Shown here one piece after another: positions 1 to 8,194 of a stretch of DNA of 43,598 nucleotides; positions within the stretch are counted from its first letter, which is position 1, and every line of letters starts with the position of its first letter. Origin of the DNA: Elusimicrobiota bacterium (GTDB lineage Bacteria > Elusimicrobiota > Elusimicrobia > Elusimicrobiales > UBA9959); assembly GCA_037137395.1 (NCBI GenBank), contig JBAXKK010000012.1, positions 1-43,598 of the forward strand, given 5' to 3'. The notes under the pieces were generated by a model that worked only from the letters and a program-made list of their open reading frames with translations, had not been told where the DNA came from and ran no database searches. Both the position numbers and the translations under genes were made by a program.

Positions 1-98
1 TGCGACGGAGCACCGACGAGAGATCTCATGCTCATCTTACGATTAGAAAATGCTGAATAAACAATAAATATCTGTTCCGACAGCCCCATCGTTAACTA

Positions 99-127
99 TT
101 GCGCAAAATCACGACAATCTGTATCAT
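99..127 (+). promoter_or_regulatory. Putative sigma70-type promoter for the 250-9910 cluster
   Basis: TTGCGC (99-104), 17-nt spacer, TATCAT (122-127), about 120 nt upstream of the first ATG. Confidence 0.4.
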
Positions 128-249
128 ATTATTGAAACCCTGTCATAGTATGGGTGTGAAGCGAGCCATGATTCTTAAAAGCAGCGCGCGAGCCGCGTGA
201 CAGGCTGGGTAAACTTTCCAGCAATTCAAACTTTACTGCAGGATGGAAA

Positions 250-1011
250 ATGAAAAAAATATCGACTTTGTTTTTAGCGGCAAGCCTCTTTTCACTTTTT
301 AACGCAAATTTCACCTCGGCGCAAGAAGCGGCGCCCGCGGCGTCCGTTTCTTCAGAGCTCGACATCGTGTCCAAATATGTATGGCGCGGGATGCCGCTAT
401 CCGAAACTGAGGCCTACCAGCCCTCGATCACGCTTGAGAGCCATGGCTTCGCGGCCAACGCCTGGCTTAATTATAGCGTGGATAAGCCGCAACAGAATAA
501 ATTCAGCGAGCTTGACCTGGCGCTGAGCTACGCGGGCAGGCTTAAAGATTTATCCATTTCTCCAGGATTTCTCCTCTACACATTCCCCGGTTACTCCTCT
601 TACGGCGAAGCGTATGTGAAGCTATGCTATCCCGTCTCTTTTTTTAAAATCATCACAAATCATTATTTTTCAATGATAGCCGGCGACATCGCGGGGGGCT
701 ACTACGGAGACGCCGGCCTGGGATATGAAAAGCCGCTGGCCAACGCCGCCGCCTGGACGAGCTCTGCGCTACTCGGTTGGGGCAACGCCAAGTTTAATTC
801 CTTCACATATGCGACGCCCGACCTTAAAAACCAGCTCAGCGTTTTGGTGTTGGACACCGCGATAGCGTTCAAAACCTACGGCAACGGCGGCGTCAGGCCG
901 CATCTGACATACCAAACAACTCTGCCCGGCGCGCTTCGCGCGGGGCTTCGGGCGGCGGGAAAAACGCCGGACAATCTGGTAATCGGGATAGCGGTAAGCC
1001 ATAATTTCTGA
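250..1011 (+). CDS. Exported outer-membrane beta-barrel protein (TIGR02001/Gcw_chp-like)
   Basis: Signal peptide, SKYVWRG motif near the N-terminus, ELDL strand, alternating beta-strand pattern, C-terminal Phe. Confidence 0.7.
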   Translation: MKKISTLFLAASLFSLFNANFTSAQEAAPAASVSSELDIVSKYVWRGMPLSETEAYQPSITLESHGFAANAWLNYSVDKPQQNKFSELDLALSYAGRLKDLSISPGFLLYTFPGYSSYGEAYVKLCYPVSFFKIITNHYFSMIAGDIAGGYYGDAGLGYEKPLANAAAWTSSALLGWGNAKFNSFTYATPDLKNQLSVLVLDTAIAFKTYGNGGVRPHLTYQTTLPGALRAGLRAAGKTPDNLVIGIAVSHNF

Positions 1012-1067
1012 CAAAAGCCTGTTAGAATGAAACCCTCAGCCAGCGCTCCACCTGAGGGAACTGAATC

Positions 1068-1748
1068 ATGGATATTTTAAACACAATACAAGAATCCCTT
1101 TACGCGAATTTAATCGCGGGTAAATCCTACCTTCTTATACTTTCCGGCCTTAAAATAACCCTGATCATAACGCTTGCCGGACTTTTTCTGGGCACGCTTC
1201 TGGGCGCTGTTTTTTGCGCCATGCATTACTCAAACAGCAAAATATTAAGATATATTTCCAAAAGTTATATTGTAATTGTCCGGGGCACCCCGATATTGCT
1301 TCTTTTAATGCTGCTGTTTTACGTCGTGCTCGCGAAAAGCAGAATGGACGCGGTTTATATCGCGGTCATAGCTTTCAGCATGAACAGCGCCGCGCATATC
1401 GCCGAGATAATGAAAGCGGCTCTGGAAGCAGTTGATCCGGGCCAAATAATGGCGGCCAGAACGCTGGGATTTACCAGACTTGGCGCTTTTTACCATGTCA
1501 CGCTTCCGCAGGCAGGCGCGTACGCGAGGCCCGTTTATCAGAACACCGTAATCAATCTCATACAGTGGACCTCCGTAGTCGGATATATCACTATTTCGGA
1601 CCTGACAAGGGTCATCAACGCGATAGGCGCGAGGACTGCCGACCCGTTCTTCGTGATATTTATCGCCATTCTCATTTATCTGGCGCTCGCCTACGCGACT
1701 TATTTAATTTTCGCGCTGACGAACCGGCAAAAGAGAGCGCTCAGATGA
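1068..1748 (+). CDS. Polar amino-acid ABC transporter permease (GlnP/HisM family)
   Basis: VRGTPILL motif, EAA-loop-like segment (VDPGQIMAARTLG), several TM helices. Confidence 0.92.
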   Translation: MDILNTIQESLYANLIAGKSYLLILSGLKITLIITLAGLFLGTLLGAVFCAMHYSNSKILRYISKSYIVIVRGTPILLLLMLLFYVVLAKSRMDAVYIAVIAFSMNSAAHIAEIMKAALEAVDPGQIMAARTLGFTRLGAFYHVTLPQAGAYARPVYQNTVINLIQWTSVVGYITISDLTRVINAIGARTADPFFVIFIAILIYLALAYATYLIFALTNRQKRALR

Positions 1749-2863
1749 TAAAAGTGTTAAATTTATCAAAGAGTTTTGGCGCTTCGGAAGTTTTGCGCGA
1801 TGTAAATGTTGAAATTAAAAAGGGAGAGTGCGTCGCGATAATAGGTCCTTCCGGCGCGGGCAAGAGCGTCTTTTTGTACTGTCTTAACGCGCTCCAGCCG
1901 CACGATGGCGGCAAGATACTGATAAACGGCACGGATATCGCCGACAAAAAAACAGATATCAATAAAGTCAGGGAAAAGATGGGGATGGTTTATCAAAACT
2001 TCAACCTTTTTTCCCACCTTAACGTTTTGGAAAACATTATCCTGGCGCTGGTTAACGTTAAAAAGATGCCCCGAGCCGCAGCCATAGAAAAAGCCGACAA
2101 ATTGCTTGAAATGGTAAGCCTTATCGATAAGCGGGCCAGCTATCCGGATGAATTATCCGGCGGCCAGAAACAAAGAATAGCCATTGTCCGGGCGATCGCG
2201 ATGGATCCGGAAATCGTGCTCCTCGACGAGCCCACTTCAGCCCTGGATCCGACCATGGTGGGCGAAGTTCTCGCGGTTATCCGCGATTTGGCAAAGCAGG
2301 GCTTTACAATGATTATCGTCACCCACGAGATGAACTTCGCCAGGGAGATCGCCCACAGGGTATTGTTCATGGATGAGAAGGGCATTTACGAAAGCGGCTC
2401 GCCGGATGAAATTTTCGCTTCTCCCCAAAAGCCCAGGACAATAGCCTTTATAAAGAAACTGAAAACTTTCAACTATAACGTCAGCTCCTTCAACTTTGAC
2501 CTCATCGCGATGTGCGCCCGGCTTGAATTATTTTGCGCCAAATACAATATCGGAAGGAAAACGGTCAACGACACCAATCTGGCCCTTGAAGAAATGATTA
2601 CATACATACTTAATCATTGCTACAAGCGACTCCAGACGCCAAATATTGATATCATTGTCGAATACGGCGATATTGATAAAAAGATTGTCATTGAGATTGT
2701 TCATAACGGAACATCCGTCAATCCCTTTGAAAACATCGCATTCATGGCGGCCGGCGAAGAGAGCGACACCGAAGATTTAGGCATATTTATGGTCAAGAAA
2801 GTGGCTTCGGATATTAATTTTACAAATGAAGGCGGACTCAGCAAGTTTAAGATTAAAATCTAA
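1745..2863 (+). CDS. GlnQ-like ABC ATPase fused to a C-terminal degenerate HATPase_c_2 (RsbW-like) domain
   Basis: Walker A GPSGAGKS, LSGGQ, LLDEPT, VTHEM; about 130-aa extra tail with LALEEMITYI..IVHNG..NPF..DLGIFMVKK. Start moved to ATG 1745 (ATGA overlap with the permease stop). Confidence 0.9.
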   Translation: MIKVLNLSKSFGASEVLRDVNVEIKKGECVAIIGPSGAGKSVFLYCLNALQPHDGGKILINGTDIADKKTDINKVREKMGMVYQNFNLFSHLNVLENIILALVNVKKMPRAAAIEKADKLLEMVSLIDKRASYPDELSGGQKQRIAIVRAIAMDPEIVLLDEPTSALDPTMVGEVLAVIRDLAKQGFTMIIVTHEMNFAREIAHRVLFMDEKGIYESGSPDEIFASPQKPRTIAFIKKLKTFNYNVSSFNFDLIAMCARLELFCAKYNIGRKTVNDTNLALEEMITYILNHCYKRLQTPNIDIIVEYGDIDKKIVIEIVHNGTSVNPFENIAFMAAGEESDTEDLGIFMVKKVASDINFTNEGGLSKFKIKI

Positions 2864-2881
2864 AGGGATGGTTCGTTGAGT

Positions 2882-3766
2882 ATGAATATAAATAAATGGC
2901 TGTCTATCCTTGTCGCGGCCGCGATATTCGCGACCCCCGCATTAGCGCACTGCGCAGCGCAAGCAACGAAACAGACAAAACAGGCGGCGGTTGGCGCGAA
3001 ACCCCTAAAAGCCGATTATTCGTTTCTGAACGGAAAGACCGGGACGACTAACGCCTCCATCTTCAGCGAGGAGAAGTTAACCGCCGCGATAAATCGAAAG
3101 CTTGGCAGCCGGATCACGAAGTTCATATATTCCGACACCATGAGCGGAGGCCTATCCATGCTGAAATCAGACAGGGCTGATTTTATGCTCACGAGCGATG
3201 TGTCAGCGGCTTATATCATCCAAAGAAATCCGGAACTTAAATCCGTTATTTTCACCGACAATAACGGCCTTGCCATGCTCTTAAGGGTTTCCGACATGGC
3301 CTTGCGGGATCAGCTCAATTCAGCCATAAAGAAACTTAAAGCCTCCGGAGAGCTTGCGGGGTTATATAAAAAATGGATCAGCGACTTACCGGTCGGCCAG
3401 GAACCCTCTATGCCAAGAATCGGGAAAACCTCATATCCCGAAACCATTTACGCGGGAGTGTCCGGCGATATGCCGCCGCTCGATTATGTCGCGGCCGACG
3501 GAAGACCCGCCGGCTACAATGTCGCGCTATTGACCGAGATCTCAAAAATCATAGGCAAGAATATTGAAGTCATGTCTATTGACGCCCCGGCGAGATTTGC
3601 GGCGCTTCAATCTAACAAAATCGATGTTTTTTTCTGGCAGCGGGTGCCCGACAAAGCTGAGACGGAGAAATTTAAGAACGATGCGGGCGTGCAGGCGTTT
3701 TCAAAAAAGATAGCGGTTACAGAGCCTTACTGCGTAGTTAAAACGGTGTTTCTATTGAAAAAGTAG
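2882..3766 (+). CDS. Amino-acid ABC substrate-binding protein (SBP_bac_3), apparently circularly permuted
   Basis: Signal peptide; the usually C-terminal motif LNSAIKKLKASGELAGLYKKW precedes the usually N-terminal motifs GVSGDMPPLDY/GYNVAL/ALQSNKID/TEPY. Confidence 0.8.
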   Translation: MNINKWLSILVAAAIFATPALAHCAAQATKQTKQAAVGAKPLKADYSFLNGKTGTTNASIFSEEKLTAAINRKLGSRITKFIYSDTMSGGLSMLKSDRADFMLTSDVSAAYIIQRNPELKSVIFTDNNGLAMLLRVSDMALRDQLNSAIKKLKASGELAGLYKKWISDLPVGQEPSMPRIGKTSYPETIYAGVSGDMPPLDYVAADGRPAGYNVALLTEISKIIGKNIEVMSIDAPARFAALQSNKIDVFFWQRVPDKAETEKFKNDAGVQAFSKKIAVTEPYCVVKTVFLLKK

Positions 3767-3790
3767 AAGTCAATAAATTAAAAGGACGAG

Positions 3791-4129
3791 GTGAATATGA
3801 ATATTAGCACAAAAAAGGAATCAGCCGCGCTGGTCGTAACGGTCAGCGGCCGGATGGACGCCGTTACGGCGCCGGAATTCGAGAAAAGCATCTCCGACTT
3901 CATCACGCAGGGAGAAAAAGCTTTCGTGGTGAACCTGAGCGGGCTTGAGTATATCAGCAGCGCCGGCCTGCGAAGCATTCTCGCCTGCGCGAAGCGCCTC
4001 AAGGAGCAGAGCGGAAAGCTCATTTTCTCCGGGCTTCAGGGGCACGTTAAAGAAGTGTTCTCGATCTCCGGCTTCAACGGGATATTCAAGATATATGAGT
4101 CCGACGCGGAAGGATTGAAGGGCGTATAG
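3791..4129 (+). CDS. Anti-sigma factor antagonist, STAS domain (RsbV/SpoIIAA family)
   Basis: GRMDAVTAPEFE and YISSAGL phosphoacceptor motif; 112 aa. Confidence 0.93.
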   Translation: MNMNISTKKESAALVVTVSGRMDAVTAPEFEKSISDFITQGEKAFVVNLSGLEYISSAGLRSILACAKRLKEQSGKLIFSGLQGHVKEVFSISGFNGIFKIYESDAEGLKGV

Positions 4130-4131
4130 GC

Positions 4132-4557
4132 ATGCCCTCCACCGGACACATAAAGATTCCGGCCGTCCTGGGAAACCTTCAGGCGATAACAGACTGCGTC
4201 TCAGCCGCCGCAGCGGCCGCGGGGTTTACTCCGCGGCGCGTGGGAGACATGGAGCTCGCGCTGGAAGAGGCGGTCACTAATGTTTTTAAATACGCGAGCC
4301 CGGGAAATCCGGGAGAAATTGAGATAACCTGCGCGGCCGGCGACGGAAAGTTCAGCATTGAAATCCGGGATTGGGGGAAAGAGTTTGATATCACAAAACT
4401 TCCGGACCCCGACCTATCTCAAAACATAAGCGATCGCCCCATCGGCGGCCTCGGAGCCTATCTTATTAAGCGTCTGGCCGATGATGTCAGCTACCGCCGT
4501 CTTCCGGGATTAAATATTCTGACTCTGGTTTTTAATCTGGAAATCAAAAAACAATGA
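4132..4557 (+). CDS. Anti-sigma factor Ser/Thr kinase (RsbW/SpoIIAB family)
   Basis: N-box LALEEAVTNV, G1 IRDWG, G2 GGLG; follows the STAS gene. Confidence 0.93.
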   Translation: MPSTGHIKIPAVLGNLQAITDCVSAAAAAAGFTPRRVGDMELALEEAVTNVFKYASPGNPGEIEITCAAGDGKFSIEIRDWGKEFDITKLPDPDLSQNISDRPIGGLGAYLIKRLADDVSYRRLPGLNILTLVFNLEIKKQ

Positions 4558-5522
4558 AGCGTTTTTGCCTCCTCCCGCTGTGGTGCGTCTGCGCCGGTCT
4601 TATGGCGCCGCTGGCCCAAGCCGCGCCGAAAAAGCTGTCCTTTATCCCGCTCTGGAGCCCCCAAGCCCAGTTCGCCGGCTATTATGTCGCCCTTGAAAAA
4701 GGTTTTTACCGCGACAGGGGGCTGGAAGTGGACATCTTAACCGGCGGCCCCGAAAAGCCCGCCGATTTTTTGCTTGAGAAAGGAAAGGCGGACATCGGCA
4801 CGCTCTGGCTTTCTGAAGCCATCAAAAAAACGGCGCAGGGCGTACGGCTCGTAAATATCGCCCAGATCGTGCAGCGCTCGGCCCTTATGCTGGTGGCAAA
4901 AAAATCAAGCGGTATCCGCAGGGTGGAGGATCTGGACGGAAAGACCGTGGCGCTCTGGGAAAGCTTCCGGTTGCAGCCCCTGGCTCTTTTTAAAAAATAC
5001 AAACTTCACGTAAATATCATCCCGCAGACACAGTCCGTAAATTTATTTCTGCGGGACGGAGCAGCCGCCGCCTCCGTGATGATCTATAACGAATATCACA
5101 CCATCATAAATGCCGGGCTAAACCCCGGCGAGCTTACTACTTTTTTCTTTTACAACTACGGGCTTAATTTTCCTGAAGACGGGTTGTACATGCTTGAAAA
5201 GAACTTCAACAAGGATCCCGCCGCAGCCGCGGCTTTCGTAAAAGCCACCCTTGAGGGCTGGACCTACGCGTTTAAGCACAAAGACGAGGCTGTTGAAATT
5301 GTGCTGCGCCGCATGCGGGACGCGCGCATCCCCGCCAACCGAATGCACCAAAAATGGATGCTGGAGAAAATGCAGGGGCTTATTTTCCCGGAGGGCCCAG
5401 CGACGCGCGCCGGGCAACTTAAGAGCGCTGATTATGACAGAGTCGCCGCCGAACTGTTAAAGGCGGGGGGCTGGAAAAGCGCGAGCTACTCCTCATTTTA
5501 CAAGGGTTGTGTAACCAAGTGA
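4554..5522 (+). CDS. NMT1/THI5-like (SsuA-type) substrate-binding protein
   Basis: Signal peptide, WSPQAQFAGYYVALEKGFY, DLDGKTV, YNE, FVKATLEGW; ATGA-coupled to the kinase gene. Confidence 0.88.
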   Translation: MKRFCLLPLWCVCAGLMAPLAQAAPKKLSFIPLWSPQAQFAGYYVALEKGFYRDRGLEVDILTGGPEKPADFLLEKGKADIGTLWLSEAIKKTAQGVRLVNIAQIVQRSALMLVAKKSSGIRRVEDLDGKTVALWESFRLQPLALFKKYKLHVNIIPQTQSVNLFLRDGAAAASVMIYNEYHTIINAGLNPGELTTFFFYNYGLNFPEDGLYMLEKNFNKDPAAAAAFVKATLEGWTYAFKHKDEAVEIVLRRMRDARIPANRMHQKWMLEKMQGLIFPEGPATRAGQLKSADYDRVAAELLKAGGWKSASYSSFYKGCVTK

Positions 5523-7450
5523 TCAAATTTAAAAAAGGCATAGCTTTTAAACTCGCCCTGATCTTTTCAGGCAGCGTGATCCTGATTTTCTTCATGATCT
5601 TCGGCCTGTATTACCGCTTCACAAGGGTGATGATAGAGAAAAACACCGCTGAAAACGCCAAAAATCTGACGCTGGGCACGGTAGCGCGCATTGAAGGGAT
5701 ACTGCGCTCGGTGCAGCAAGTTCCGGAGAATATGGCCGGAGCGCTGGAGCGCGGCCCGGTTACCAAAGAAGAGCTTCTTGACATGGTAAAATCGGCGGTT
5801 AAAAAAAACCCCGAGCTCTACGGCTCCGCGATCGCCTTCGCACCCTACGCCTTCGACGGCACATCGTTTTATTACGCGCCTTATTATTTCCGGGACAAAG
5901 GTTCCCTTTCGTGCGTCTGGCTCGGGAACGCGAATTACCGCTACTTTATGCAAGATTGGTTCCAGATTCCGAAAGAGCTGGGCAAGGCGCAGTGGTCGGA
6001 ACCCTACTATGATGAAGGCGGCGGCAACGCCCTGATGGCCACATATTCCGTTCCCTTCTACAGGATGGTGAACGGGAAGCGGACTTTTTCCGGGGTAATC
6101 ACCGCCGACATGTCGCTGGAATGGCTGCGGGATATGGTGTCCGCTATCAAAATCATGGACACAGGCTACGCCTTTCTGCTTTCAAGAAACGGGACTTTCG
6201 TCACACATCCGCGCGAAAAGCTGATAATGAACGAAACTATTTTCGGAGTGGCTGAAGAGCTTGGCGACAAAAATCTGCGCGATATAGGCCGCGACATGAT
6301 AGGCGGAAGGGCGGGCTTTGTCCATTCGCCAAAGATCAACTCAGGGCAGCCCGGACTTTTATATTACTCGCCGGTGACCTCATCGGGCTGGTCGCTAGCG
6401 GTCCTGTTTCCGCAGGCTGAGTTGATGGCTGATATAACGCACCTCAACTGGCTGGTTTTAATTCTAAGCGCGGCCGGCATGCTGATTTTGTGCATAGTGG
6501 TCGTTTACGAGGCCCGCTCCATCACCGGCCCCCTCACGGGCATGGCTGACGCGACCGCGGAAATTGCCGCGGGGAACCTGGACTTTAAAATGCCGGAGAC
6601 GCGCTCCGAAGATGAAGTAGGGATTCTCTCCCGCGCCTTTAGCGCGATGCAGCAGTCGCTAAAAAATCACATCGCCCGCCTTACGGAGGCGACCGCCGCG
6701 AAAGAAAGGATAGAGAGCGAGCTGAACATCGCCCGCGAAATACAGCTCAGCATTCTTCCTAAAATATTCCCGCCGTTCCCGGAAATGCCGGGCCTGGATC
6801 TCTTTGCCGTGCTCAAATCGGCGCGGGAAGTGGGCGGCGACCTGTATGATTTTTTCGCGATAGACGATGATCATTTTTGTTTTGTCATAGGCGACGTCAG
6901 CGGGAAGGGCGTGCCGGCCTCCCTTTTTATGGCGGTAACAAAAACTCTGTTCAAGGCGACGGCGCTAAAAGATACTCCGCCCGAAGTAGTCCTGGACAAA
7001 GTGAACAATGAGCTCAGCAAAGGAAACGAAAAATCCATGTTCGTCACCGCATTTTTCGCGATTTTAAACATCAGGACCGGGGTGATAGAATTTTCAAACG
7101 GCGGGCATAACCTGCCTGTGGTTATCAGAAAAGCGGGAAGCATAGAGTACCTGTGGCGGACGGGCGGCATGGTTGTGGGGGCGATGGAAGGAATAAAGTT
7201 TGAGCGGGGCACGCTGAAGCTCGCCTCAGGCGACAGATTTTTCCTTTATACCGACGGCGTCACCGAAGCCATGGATGAAGGCAAAGTTTTATTTTCCGAA
7301 GAGCGCCTGCTCAGGGAGCTGAAGATTCTGGAAGGCCTGCCGGTGAAGGATGTGTTGAACCGCCTTCTCAAGATGCTGGTGGAGTACTCAAAAGGCGATC
7401 AATCGGACGACATAACAATGATGATGCTTGAGTATCAGGGACCAAAATAA
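5519..7450 (+). CDS. Membrane Ser phosphatase: dCache sensor-HAMP-SpoIIE/PP2C (RsbU-like)
   Basis: Two TM helices, WSEPYYD dCache motif, HAMP (DEVGILSRAF), VGGDLYD, GDVSGKG, YTDGVTEA, DDIT; GTG start overlaps the upstream TGA. Confidence 0.92.
   Translation: MIKFKKGIAFKLALIFSGSVILIFFMIFGLYYRFTRVMIEKNTAENAKNLTLGTVARIEGILRSVQQVPENMAGALERGPVTKEELLDMVKSAVKKNPELYGSAIAFAPYAFDGTSFYYAPYYFRDKGSLSCVWLGNANYRYFMQDWFQIPKELGKAQWSEPYYDEGGGNALMATYSVPFYRMVNGKRTFSGVITADMSLEWLRDMVSAIKIMDTGYAFLLSRNGTFVTHPREKLIMNETIFGVAEELGDKNLRDIGRDMIGGRAGFVHSPKINSGQPGLLYYSPVTSSGWSLAVLFPQAELMADITHLNWLVLILSAAGMLILCIVVVYEARSITGPLTGMADATAEIAAGNLDFKMPETRSEDEVGILSRAFSAMQQSLKNHIARLTEATAAKERIESELNIAREIQLSILPKIFPPFPEMPGLDLFAVLKSAREVGGDLYDFFAIDDDHFCFVIGDVSGKGVPASLFMAVTKTLFKATALKDTPPEVVLDKVNNELSKGNEKSMFVTAFFAILNIRTGVIEFSNGGHNLPVVIRKAGSIEYLWRTGGMVVGAMEGIKFERGTLKLASGDRFFLYTDGVTEAMDEGKVLFSEERLLRELKILEGLPVKDVLNRLLKMLVEYSKGDQSDDITMMMLEYQGPK
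6689..7441 (+). repeat. Copy 1 of a 753-bp duplicated coiled-coil plus PP2C segment (copy 2 at 9143-9895)
   Basis: Collinear without net indel at offset 2454; 36 differences in 251 aa by manual count. Confidence 0.9.
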
Positions 7451-7539
7451 CAATCTGCCGCCCGCGGGAGAGAGCTTCCGCGAAGGAATCTGGAAAGAGC
7501 GGCGGCTCGTGGCATTTTAAAAAATAAAGAGGTTTGTCA

Positions 7540-8193
7540 ATGAAATACGCCTTTCACATACTCCTGCTTTTTTTTACCGCCTTATACATATCAGCTTCTC
7601 CATCCCGGGCCGGCGCTGAAAAAACTTCGCCCGGCGCGGGCATGGCCAGAGACACGCTGAGCCTCGCGGAAATGACAGGCACGGATAAACGGATATTGGC
7701 GCTGGCGAATGCCGCCGCCGCCGACTGTGCCAAGGCTCTTGAAAACGCTGTTAAATCCGGACAAAAATCCGAAGAAGACATCTTCAGCACACTTTACTTT
7801 CCGCTACTGCCACTCACTTCACCCCCGACCTTTTCAACATTTTACGATGACTACACGGACAAGGTTATAACCCCCATAGTGGACGCCTACCTGGCCAAAG
7901 ACAGCTCCATACTTTCCGTCGGTCTGGTGGACAGGAACGGGTATATTCCTTCCCATAACTCAAAATATTCTCGCCCCCTGACCGGCAGCCCGGAAGTGGA
8001 TATAAAAAACAACCGGACAAAGCGCATCTTTAACGACATAACCGGCCTGCAGGCCTCCAAAAGCACCCGTCCATTCCTCCTCCAGATCTACCGCAGAGAC
8101 ACGGGGGAAACCGCCGCGGATTTATCGGTTCCTGTTTTAGTAATGAACCGCCGATGGGGCGCCTTAAGAATTGTTTACGTGAGAGGAGAGTAA
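7540..8193 (+). CDS. Secreted stand-alone sensor-like protein, homologous to the extracytoplasmic domain of the next gene
   Basis: Signal peptide; DRNGYIPSHN..RPLTG..RTKRIFND..LLQIYRRDTGE..WGALR motifs; SD AAAGAGG 7 nt before ATG 7540. Confidence 0.8.
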   Translation: MKYAFHILLLFFTALYISASPSRAGAEKTSPGAGMARDTLSLAEMTGTDKRILALANAAAADCAKALENAVKSGQKSEEDIFSTLYFPLLPLTSPPTFSTFYDDYTDKVITPIVDAYLAKDSSILSVGLVDRNGYIPSHNSKYSRPLTGSPEVDIKNNRTKRIFNDITGLQASKSTRPFLLQIYRRDTGETAADLSVPVLVMNRRWGALRIVYVRGE

Positions 8194-8194
8194 T

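Noticed and set aside
1..60. Open frame ending in TAA at 58-60, possibly the tail of an upstream gene
   Set aside because: Only 19 codons visible; no motif to support a call
1565..1744. Longer N-terminus of the ABC ATPase given in the ORF track
   Set aside because: Overlaps the permease by 184 nt; ATG 1745 gives a canonical GlnQ start with ATGA coupling
7454..7506. GC-rich stem-loop between PP2C-1 and the free sensor gene
   Set aside because: Hairpin is real (CGCGGGAG/CTTCCGCG) but has no adjacent U tract or recognisable motif; probably an ordinary intergenic stem
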